Positions 53,423-64,000 of a stretch of 64,000 nt of DNA are shown here, piece after piece. The DNA lies in NCBI GenBank assembly GCA_963514005.1, contig OY740798.1:23436001-23500000 (forward strand), written 5' to 3'. The position numbers and the translations under genes were made by a program. The notes below the pieces were generated by a model, which ran no database searches, was not told the origin of the DNA, and saw nothing but the letters and a program-made list of their open reading frames with translations. Each line of letters opens with the position of its first letter. Within the stretch, counting starts at the first letter, position 1. Source of the stretch: Raja brachyura (lineage: Eukaryota).

Positions 53423-55329
53423 GGCTATCCGGCCACCGGACAATCCCCATGTCTTCCATAAGCTGGAACTCGTTGGGAGATGGCGCGCGCGGGCGTGAAC
53501 CAGTGGGCCCTTGGTGGGAAAGTGGTGGACCACGCCATGATAGGGCACAGCCCCGTCGAACCAAGGCGTGAGCAACCCTGGGAATTTAGTGAGAAGGTTG
53601 GTGAAGGTTGCTGGATCTCAGCTACCTCGTCGAGTTGCTGTTGGGGCGTGAACGGGTTACGCGGCTTGGCAACCAGTAGCACCAACATCGTCGGCTGTAC
53701 ACCTCCGGCAGCGGCGATGCTTCTTCGGCGCTGGGCGGATCCTGAACTTCCTCCCGATGTCGTCTCGGTTGCATCCGCGCCGTGGCAGTGGGCGGGTGAA
53801 AAACCAAACATCCCACCGTCTGTGGGTCCACAACTCCGCGAGGTGCTGGGGATCGCTGAAATCGGCACAGCGGGCATTAAACGGACCTCATCTGGCATGT
53901 GCTTCAAGAACGCTTGTTCGAAAAGCAGACCCGGGCGGTGCCCGTCCATCAGGGCCAGCATCTTCGCCATGATGGTGGATGGCCACCGGTCGCCGACACT
54001 TTCCATGTGCAGGATCTTCGCCGCCCTGTCTCTACGGCTGAGACCGAAGGTATGTAACAGCAGGGCCTTCAAACCTTCGTATTTTGCGATCATCGGTGGG
54101 CACGGCAACAGCCTCGAGGCACAGTCCTGTGGCAGAGCTCCTATCACATGGAAGCACATCGTGTCATCTGCAATTATTCGATGCAGATGGAACTGTGCCT
54201 CAACGTGGGCGAACCACACCTGAAGTTGGTCTGGCCAAAAAGAAGGAAGCTTGAATCCCGGTGAGCCCTGCCTCGTGCCAGCCGATTCTGCATGGACGTA
54301 GTCCTCCTGCATGATCTTCTTGTTTAACGACGGCTAGACAGGTCGGGGTCACCAATTTGGTGGATGCAAAGACGATAACCAAGTTTTGCGAACTTATTTA
54401 TTCAGACAATAGCTCCCTGGCTTACAGGTCTCTGCAAACATGTCTGACCACAACAGTGGTCAGCAACACAACTGTGGCGCGAAAGCAAAACTGCGCGAAA
54501 AAAGCAGCCCCTCCCAGTTCACGTGACCGCGGCTTCCGAACGCCGGGTTCGATGCCTTCGTGCGCCAGCAGGCACCGCTACACTTGTAAAATATTTTAAA
54601 AGAAGCCTCAAGTAATTTGATATTATTGTTGTGAGGCTGGATTTTATGTAAGTGGTAATGTTTCTCTCATCAGTAACATTTTAAAAATATGAAAAGATTG
54701 ATGGCATATGCATGTTAGCATTATGCATAAAAATAGAAAACATACCACAAGAATGGTTATCATGAGTATAATATTTTGCATCATAAGAAAGTTGGCGACT
54801 CTTGCATAATATCTCAGTATATTATCGCTTGTATTGAATCTAATACTTATACACTTGTATTGAATCTAATACTAATGATTTTTTCCACGCTGAACAGTAT
54901 GCAAAAAATAATTTCACTGTATCTCGGTACTTGTGACAAAGTACCATTGAACCATTGAACTTTTCATAGTCATCTATTTAATTGCTTATTGATGTCTGTG
55001 TAGCACCAAATAATCTAGAACTCTGTAATAATTTTAAGAAGTAATACAAAATCCATATCAATTATTTCATGATGACACTAATAATTAAAATGGTATCTCA
55101 TAAGCCCTACGTTGCGGTCAATGTTTTATATTTTAATGATTAGTTTAAAGTACATTATATTGGGAAATAAACCCAGAATTACAATACCCCAGAACTTTCA
55201 TGTTAGTGTGGCATCTGAGTAGTCCATTGAAACAGTTTCCTTATGATAGATGAAAGAATTAGAATAAATGTTTCACATTGATATGCTTATGAATTACTAA
55301 CATTTTTTATTTATTTTCCAGCTTTTGAC

Positions 55330-55395
55330 ATGAAGAAAGATTTAGAGACATTAATTGCAGAAGAACGGGCTGAAATAATTTCTAATTATAATAAG
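55330..55395 (+). CDS. USP6NL: First coding exon (exon 55322-55395) of a USP6 N-terminal-like (TBC Rab-GAP) family gene; exact paralogue uncertain
   Basis: Branch point TACTAAC 55295-55301, polypyrimidine tract, CAG acceptor, phase-0 donor AAG|GTACTG. Peptide MKKDLETLIAEERAEIISNYNK resembles the USP6NL N-terminus (LAQERAEIVAKYD). Confidence 0.8.
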
Positions 55396-58300
55396 GTACT
55401 GTACAATTCAGAAACTAGGACAAAGGAAACAGCTACTCGATTTTGCCTTTGTGCAAAAGTGTAAAACTGATATTTGTAAAGTGGCAACTCATTTTTGACA
55501 AAAATCACGATTATTTCAAACTACCTTCAGTTCTTTAACATTGGGAACAATTAATATGCAATCATTAATTTTAGTAGATAAATATGCAGCCAATTTGTAT
55601 ACTGCATGTTAAAGCAATGACTTGACCAAATGCATGGTAATCATCTCATTTAAATAATAAATTACCATTTGCAATACAGGCAACCCCAATATTACTGAGT
55701 AAGACTCTATGCTAGGGTAAACATTAAACTTATAAAATTTAGTTTTGGAGGAGATGGACCTTTGGGAGTTGAGGGCATTTCCTTTGAAGAACAGTGTGCA
55801 TCTTACTTGGAACCATTTGAAAGACTGGAAGAATGCAAAGTCATATGTAACTAAATAGGAAACATTGCTTGTTTTCAAAAATTTGCCATCACACTGTTCG
55901 CAGTTGGCTTAAATTTCCAATGTTCTCTTATTAGCCAATTAATTAAACTTAAAAGTGAGGCCAGGTTCACTTAAAATAAGCAGAAATTTGATAGCTGTTT
56001 GTAAAGACATTTTATTTTTTGAGAGCTGCATTCATGGATTATTGTTTATTGGAGATTTTTTAAAAATAGCTTCATTGATCATGGAGTCGAATGACAGTAT
56101 GCGTAATTTCCCCTTAAATAATATATACATTAACACAATCTTAATATCATTGCACTCACAAGTTTACATAGTTGACTTGATGCAGGTTCCAGGGCCTCCA
56201 CTGTTATTGGGGAAGGATCATTAGTGTAACTGTGAATTTTGCCCCTTTTCATGAGTAGGTTTTCATTCACATGATCATAGTTGGGATTGCTCCATGTTTT
56301 GAGCTCAACTTCATGCACAGATTATGTGAATCAACGTTTCTTCCAGATGGTATTTTAAAACTAGATGTCAGTTCAGTTCAAATTAAAACTGACTTTGTTG
56401 TGATTTAACCCAGCAATTACAGAAAATACCACCAGATTACATTACATCAGTGGCGAGAGAAACAGCATTAACATATCAGATCAATGATCTCTTATCTGAG
56501 AGAATCTATAGAGACAACTATGATTGTTTGCATGGGAGGAATGATTAACTTACAGAAGGGGGTGATAAAGCAGGATGAAAAATAGACATAAAGGCAGTAG
56601 AAAGTAAGAAAAGATAGGTGTGGAAGATTAATAGTTGATTGAAATTACCAGCAGAGGGGGAAAAACACCTGACTGCCTAAAATGAGAGATACAAAGGATG
56701 AGAAGACTGGCTCTGAAATTGGTGAAGTCTAAGTCCAGAAGGCTATATTGCACCTTGTCCTTCTTAGTAGTAAAGTCTGGTGATGTAATTAAGATGAAGT
56801 TTTAGTTTGAGTCTAGTTGATTGCCAAGTGTACTGAGGTACAGTGAAAAGTTTTTGTTGTGTGCTAACCAGTCAGCTGAAACATGATTGCAATTGAGCCA
56901 TCCACAGTGTACAGATACATGATAAAGGGAATAACATGAATGAAATTTAGTGCAAGATAAGAGCCGAGCTAGAGTGAAGTCCAATCAAAGTCCGAGTCAA
57001 AGTCCAATCAAAATCAAGTCCGAGAGTCTCCAATGAGATAGATAGTAGTTTGGGACTTTTCTCTGCTTGTTGGTAGGATGGTTCAGTTGTCTGATAACAG
57101 CTGGGAGAAACTCTCCCTGGATCCCTGATGTTTTTTCACACTGCTGTACCTTTTGGCTGAAGGGGAGAAGAGGGAGTGGCCAGGGTGCTTCAGGGTGACG
57201 AAGCAGGGTTTCAACCCAAAATGTCAACTGGTCTTTTCACTCACAGATGCTGCTTAATCTGCTGAATTCTTCCAGCAGCTTGTTAGGAACATGATGGAAT
57301 ATTCTTCATGTGTCTGGATGCATGCAGCTCCAACAACACTAAAGAAGCTTAATATAAATGATGGTAAAGAAACCTATTTGATGGAACACCCCCCATCTTA
57401 AAATTCACTCACTTCGGTACCGGAGGCTGGTGAAATTTGGAATGCAGCAATTGAGGGGATGGTGGAGACAGGTAGTCTCAGAACATTTAAGAAGTGTTTA
57501 GATGAGCCCTTGAAATTCCATGGCATATGTTGAGTGCTAGAAAACACGATTTGTACGGATAGGTACAAATGCCAGCATGGACATGGCGAAGGGTCAGTTT
57601 TTGCGTGGCATGACTTTAAATATGTGATAATTAATATATTTCAGATATCGATCTAATCAATGAAGAAGAAAAAAATATCAACAGCAGTTTGAGTTACGAT
57701 GTCATCAAAGGTTAATCAGATCAAGAAATAACTAGAATGCCAGAGACTAAAACACAATTAGAGTGCAAATCATCAGAAAAAGCCATTCAATTAACTAAGT
57801 CTAAAGTGGTTGTTACTGGTCTTAAAATAAGTCCTGGAGTTTCCACTTTGAGATATGAGCTCAAATTACAGTTAAGCAGCTGGTGAATTTAAATTCAGCT
57901 AATTAAATATAGCTGGTGAAAAGATTAATTTTCCCTTTACAAGTGATAGCCACATAACTACTAGATTGTTTGAAACTTACATCCAATTGACAAATGTTCT
58001 TTAAGGAATGAAATCTGGCCTTGGGAAGGAAATTCTAACCTGATATCGCTTAGATATGAATTCAGAGCCAGCAATGTGTGTGATTCTTAATTGCCATTTG
58101 AAATGCCTTTTCTAGTTTGATTCAGGGACAGTAAATGCCCTTTTTACAAGCTGGATTTGCATCTAGTGAATGAATAATAAATGTCCAAGAATTGAGCATT
58201 ACAGATCTTGGATAACAGAATTAGATTTAACTGATCAGGAACTGAACAATAATTAATCTGCATTATTGGTCAAAGATTAACATACGATTATTTTGTCTTG

Positions 58301-60582
58301 TATACGTACTGCTGAAAATGGGAAGTTGATCATTTTATAATGTTTTTCATGGCAAATAATTAATCTAGATGGTGATTTAATATTTTATGAAGCTAAGGGC
58401 TATTGATAATCTGTCCTCTGTAGTGTCAAGTAACCAGTTGGTTATGGTGGAAATTCTTCCCTTCATAAGTTATACTAAAGACATATGGATCAGTTAATTT
58501 TAAAGCAATTGTATGATTGCCTACATTGCTAAAAAAAGTTGACACTCTCTCATCAACCAAATCATGATCTTGCAACTTTCAAGAATTTCCATTGTTTCAA
58601 ATCAGCTATGATTTTATTGAATGGCAGAAGAGATACAAATGGCAGAATGGCAAATTCCTGTTTCTATTTCATATTTTATGTTCTTATATCTACCATCGTT
58701 TCAAAATGTTCAACCAATTTCAGCATCAGAGGCCACCCTGGAAGAATGAAGTAATTTCATGTATGTGAAATAATTGCAAATGGTAAAAATTAGAAATACA
58801 AAGAGAATATCCTGAATATACTCAACGGGGCATGTAGCAACTATGGAGAGAGAAATAGAGTAGCATTTCAAATTGATAGCCTTTCGTCTGATAAATATTT
58901 GACCTGAAATATTAATTAGCTAAGGACACAAATTATTGTAGTAACTCAGCAGGTCAGACAGCATCTCTGAAGAACATGGATATGTGACATTTTGGGTCGA
59001 GACCCTTGTTCAGATTGATTGTGGGGGGAAGAAGAAAGCTGGAAAAGGGGGGAGGCAGGACAAAGCGTGGCAGATCCTGCAAATGAAGTCAGACGTTGGC
59101 TGTGCAAAAACACCACGTCATCCTATTAATGCTCCAGACCTTTTTACAAACTGAAACGGTTTACATTCCTTGAATGTATAGGTTGACGTGGTTTACAATG
59201 GCTTTTTCTGTTTGGGGAAAAAGAGAAGAACTCCACAATCCTAGAGAAGAAATTATCAGCACACTTCCTAAATGCAGGACTTTTTTTGCAATTTCTGAAG
59301 TGTTGCTGATGATCCAAACAGCATTCTGTAAAACTCTAGAAGCATAGAATTTGATGGTTACCATGACTTTTGACAACATGGCTCATGGGTTACATTTATT
59401 ACTGTAGAATATGGCATATGTTCTTCAGTGAGGAAAATATCACATAAGTATTCCTAAGCATCCTTACTGTATATGGTTTATGTTTTTCCACTTACCTTTC
59501 ATTCCCTTATCAAGTAGGCTGTTTTACACTAAGCTGTGCTCATTTTCTGCATTATCCTCTGTTGTTGTAGAATTCTCCTTGGAGCATTTCATATGAGATC
59601 CACAGACTTTCATTGAAGCTTAAATCGACGCATACTTTTTTTTACATAATCGGTTTGTAGTCTACCAAAATATGCAGTTTCGAAAAGGACCAAAATCCAA
59701 ACTTTCTCCAGTGAGCATTCCCTAATCTAATCAGAAATAAACCCAAAAAAACAATTGATGGTTTATTTGAATAGCTCAGACTGGTGGGGTCCTTCCTGTT
59801 GCTGAATGCAAGGTTCATTGTATGAGTTGAACACATAGCGTTGGTTGCATCATTGAGTTCAAATCTGGTAACACAATGAGGTTAAATCGGGTTTGTACAT
59901 TGAGGTTATAACCTGTTTATTCAACACATTTGGATATGTTTAGTTGCACTTCTTCACACCTTTTTCAAACAGTTGATTGCAGAAATTGCATTGCAGACAT
60001 TCATGAGAACATCACATAAAAATCTGCCAGAGATTTGACACTCAATTCACAATCAAGTGCACTACCTTGCTGATGAATTTGTAAATATATGCATTGTGAA
60101 GCTTTTTTGCAACTTTGCATCAACATCTAGGAACCTGACTGTTTACATTGATCCTCCTGTTACCTTGGTACATATTTGGATGGTGCAGAATGAACATCGG
60201 GAGTCAGGGAGAAGATCAAAATGCAAGATCTCAAGGGTGGTAATCTCTGGATTACTATTGGCGCCATGTGCTAGTGAGGCTAGCAATATGAGGATAGAAA
60301 AGGTGATTGTGTGGCTGAGGAGTTGGTGCAAGGGACACGGATTCAGATTTTTTGACCATAGGGATCTCTTCTGGGGCAGGGGAGCCTGGGTTTCAATGTT
60401 TTAGCAAGGCAGTGAGGGGGGGTAAAAGAAGTGGAGCTGTTGCTTTACTAATCAGGGAGAATGTCATCGTGGTACACAGAGGTTATACTGAAGGGTGCGT
60501 CTACTGAGGCATTGTTGGGTGTATTGAGGAGGGATCATATTGGACCTTGTATTGGGAAACAAGCCTGGCCAATTGCTTGGAA

Positions 60583-60696
60583 GAAGAATTTGGAGATCGT
60601 GATCACAACTCCATAAGATTTAAGATCCAGACCTGAATAGGTTCAGGTCTGGATCTTAAAACTTATGGAGTTGTGATCACTATCTCTAAATTCTTC
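60583..60696. repeat. Foldback palindrome, 55-bp arms, 4-nt loop
   Basis: 60583-60637 is the near-perfect reverse complement of 60642-60696; CR1-derived sequence. Confidence 0.92.
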
Positions 60697-61129
60697 TATA
60701 CAACATCCACCACCCCATCTTCACCATTCTCTTTTGTCACCTCCTCAAAAAGAGTAATCAAGTCACTGTGACACCATCTGCCCTGGGAGAGTTTGGATGG
60801 ACTTGGATTGTTTTCTCTGGAACCACAGAGGGGAGACTTGATAAAAGTACATACAATTATGAGAGGCATCGGGAGGGTAGACAGTCAGAACTTTTTCCCA
60901 GGGTGGAAATATCCAACACGAGAGGGTATAGCTATAAAATAAGAGTGAGAAAATTTGATGGAGATGTGCAGCGCAAGTATCTTTACCCAGAGAGTGGTGA
61001 GGGGTTGGAACATATTGTCAAAGATGGTGGTGGAGGCAGATGTAATAGTGGCATTTAAGAGGCTTTTGGATAGGCACATGGAAGTGCAGGGAATAGAGGA
61101 ATATGTATCATGTACAGACAGAAGAGAAA

Positions 61130-64000
61130 TGGATAGAACTAAGGAATTGTAAGGGTATAAATACCCTAATGGGACTTATCTGCAGGCCCCAAACAGTACC
61201 CTGGATATAGGGTGCAAGTTGAATCAAGAATTAAAATTGGCATGTCGTAAAGGTAATGCTACATTGTTATGGGAGATTTCAACATGCAGGTAGACTGGGA
61301 AAATCAGGTTGGTACAGGACCTCAAGAAAGGGAGTTTGTGGAGTGCATTCGTGATGGATTCTTAGAGCAGCTTGTACTGGAGCCTACCAGGGAGAAAGCA
61401 ATTCTGGATTTAGTATTGTGTAATGAACCGGATTTGATAAGGGAACTCGAGGTAAAGGAGCTATTAGGAGGTAGTGACCATAATATGATAAGTTTTAATC
61501 TACAATTTGAGAGGGAGAAGGGTAAATTGGAGGTGTCAGTATTACAGTTGAATAAAGGGGACTATGAAGCCATGAGGGAGGAGCTGGCTAAAGTTGGCTG
61601 GAAAGATGTCCTAGCAGGGATGACAGTGGAACACCAGGCAGGTATTTCTGGGAACAATACAGAAGGTGCAGGATCAGTTCATTCCAAAGACGAAGCAAGA
61701 TTCCAAGGGGAGCAAGGGGCGACCGTGGCTGACAAGGGGTCAGGGACAGTATAAAAATAAAGGAAAAGAAGTATAACCTAGCAAAGATTAGCAGGAAGCC
61801 AGAGGATTGAACTTTTAAAGAGCAATAGAAGATAACTAAAAAGGCATTATGGGGAGAAAAGATAAGATACGAAGGTAAGCTAGCCAAGAATATAAAGGAG
61901 GATAGTAAAAGCTTCTTTAGATACATGAAGAGGAAAAAATTAGTTAAGGCCAAAGTTGGACCCTTGAAGACTGAAAAAGGTGAATTTATTATGGGGAACA
62001 AGGAAATGGCGGACGAGTTGAACAAGTACTTTGGATCCGTATTCACTAAGTAGCAATGTTACAAAATTTTGAGATTTTAAAAATCAAGTTTGCAATTTAT
62101 CCCATCAGATAAAGCATAAAAAGAAGTTTAATTTGACACCTAATTTACTTTCATATCTTCAGTATTAAGAAAGTTATGGCCATTTTCATACTCGGAAATT
62201 AGCATCTTGTTCCCCATTGCCTTTCAATTGACTTAACTCAAAAACTGTGATCTGGAACAGTTAAAAGCCCATAACTTTCTTAAAAATTAAGAGAACTCAA
62301 TGAAATTTTCAGTTATTATAGATTGAAGCATTCTGAAACAAATATGAAACAATCTTACTTGGATGACCTGAACTTAAAGCATATAATTAGTTAGTTATCT
62401 AATTGTAGCTAATTGCAAAATTCAATGAGTAGATCTAAACATCTATCAATTTCTTAAGAAAAGATAAACTTTTTTTAAATTGCCTAAGTGTCCAAATAAC
62501 ATTCACACAATAATCCACAATATAACATAATTTTTAAATCTCATTTTCATGAATTTCTGGGCCAAATGGAAGGAATTTAGTGTTTGATTCATGTAAATTA
62601 ATGGCCATTTAAATCAACTAGCGAGTGGGTTTTAGTGGAATGCGGTGGATTGGAACGTTGCGGTTAGCGATGAAGTCGGGAGGAAAATACTGTTTGTTCA
62701 TACATTTTTTTGGACCCCATTTCGCAACATGAAAATGTTATTAAAGCCTCCCGAAAAACCAACTTTTAATATAAAAATAAACTATTTACCTTTTTTTCTC
62801 CCCTATGCAAAATCCTTCCGGTTGTCGGCGCTCACGGCTTTTGAAGGTGATTTTTAAATTACTCTAGTTAATAAATAATTTAGAGTAATTTAAAAATACC
62901 TCCATACATGAAATGTTGGAGCGATTTTTCTTCCGCAACGAAATCGCCCGACTTTGATCGATTTTCCCTGCCTGTGGAAAAACGGCACTTTAAGCCCGCC
63001 CCTCTTTGAAAAGTCGCACACACGGGGAGCGGCAGAAGTTTTGTAACATACCTACACTAAGGCGGACACAAACAATCTCCCTGATGTATTAGTGGCCAGA
63101 GGATCAAGGTGACGGAGGAACTGAAGGAAATTCACATTAGACAGTAAATGGTGTTGGGTAGATGGGACTGAAGGCAGATAAATCCCCAGGGTCTGATGAT
63201 CTGCATCCCACGGTACTTAAGGAAGTGGCTCTAGAAATTATAGACGCTGTGTGATCATTTTCCAACGTTCTATAAATTCAGGATCAGTTCCTGTGGATTG
63301 GAGGGTAGCTAATGTTATCCCACTTTTTATGAAGGGCAGGAGAGGGAAACAGGAACCTTTTGACCAGTTAGCCTGACGTTGGTGGTGGGGAAGATGCTGG
63401 AGTCAAAAATATAAAAGATGAAATAGCGGTACATTTGGATAGCAGTAGCAGGATCAGTTCGAGTCAGCATGGATTTACGAAGGGGAAATCATGCTTGACT
63501 AATCTTCTGGAATTTTTTGAAGATGTAACTAAGAAACTGGATAAGGGAGAGCCAGTAGATGTAGTGTACCTGGACTTTCGGAAAGCATTTGGTAAGGTCC
63601 CACATAGGAGATTAGTGGGCAAAATTAGAGCACATGGTATTGGGGGTAGGGTGCTGACATGGAGAGAAAATTGGTTGGCAGACAGGAAACAAAGAGTAGG
63701 GATTAATGGGTTCAGAATGGCAGGCAGTGACTAGTGGGGTACCGCAAGGCTCGGTGCCGGGACTGCAGCTATTTACAATATGCATTAATCATTTAGATGA
63801 AGGGATTAAAGGTAACAAGCAAATTTAAAGATGACACAAAGCTGGGTGGCAGTGTGAACTGTGAATAGGATGCTTTGAGGATGCAGGATGACTTGGACAG
63901 GTTGGGAGAGTGGGCAAATGCAGTTTAATGTGCATATATGTGCGGTTATCCACTTTGGTGGCAAAACCAGGAAGGCAGATTATTATCTAAATGGAGTCAA
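61130..64000 (+). mobile_element. CR1 LINE ORF2, decayed, runs off the window
   Basis: Closely similar to 36760-38640 (MGDFNMQVDWENQ..., QHGFTKGKSCLTNLLEFFE). Confidence 0.93.
62051..63054. mobile_element. Second full copy of the 7-bp-TSD DNA transposon (opposite orientation)
   Basis: TAGCAATGTTACAAAA...TTTTGTAACATACCTA; TSD CACTAAG (62044-62050, 63055-63061). The CR1 at ~37682 shows the empty site TTCACTAAGGAGGACAC. Confidence 0.93.

Larger units (their letters stand above)
49050..54582 (-). mobile_element. Gypsy LTR retrotransposon, CsRn1-like clade, defective
   Basis: LTRs 49050-49268 and 54356-54582; CTTG TSD (49046-49049, 54583-54586); PBS TGGTGACCCCGAC (54342-54354) complementary to the tRNA-Trp 3' end; G-rich PPT 49271-49289; gag KLPSFWP...WFAHVEAQF; RT MPFGLKNA...YLED; RNase H; integrase HVDLVGP...TDRGAQF. 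Confidence 0.95.

Noticed and set aside
53480-54223. 247-aa plus-strand ORF
   Set aside because: Antisense shadow of the GC-rich Gypsy gag.

Overview
Eukaryotic (vertebrate) genomic DNA. The repeat content (HE1/V-SINE-like SINEs, CR1, Rex1/Babar, Penelope, L1/Tx1) suggests a cartilaginous fish; this is inference. The window holds a tRNA-Ala(AGC) gene (3557-3629, minus strand) and a CpG-island promoter with a probable first exon (splice donor after 4338). About 51 kb downstream lies the first coding exon (55322-55395, MKKDLETLIAEERAEIISNYNK) of a USP6NL-family Rab-GAP gene. Nearly everything else is intron filled with decayed, often nested transposons, and almost all listed ORFs are TE remnants or noise. 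The most striking signal is a ~130-bp TSD-flanked retro-insertion (13273-13402, minus) whose first 53 nt fold into a minimal HDV-like ribozyme, followed by a structured LINE-type tail. Also present: a ~1-kb non-autonomous DNA transposon family with 7-bp TSDs (3 copies; two are inverted around the coding exon, one carries a Tudor/Spin-like coding fragment), many Penelope-derived minimal hammerhead motifs, a CsRn1-type Gypsy element with nested insertions, an old local duplication that supplies empty-site controls, and a 55-bp-arm foldback. TE boundaries without TSD evidence are approximate.
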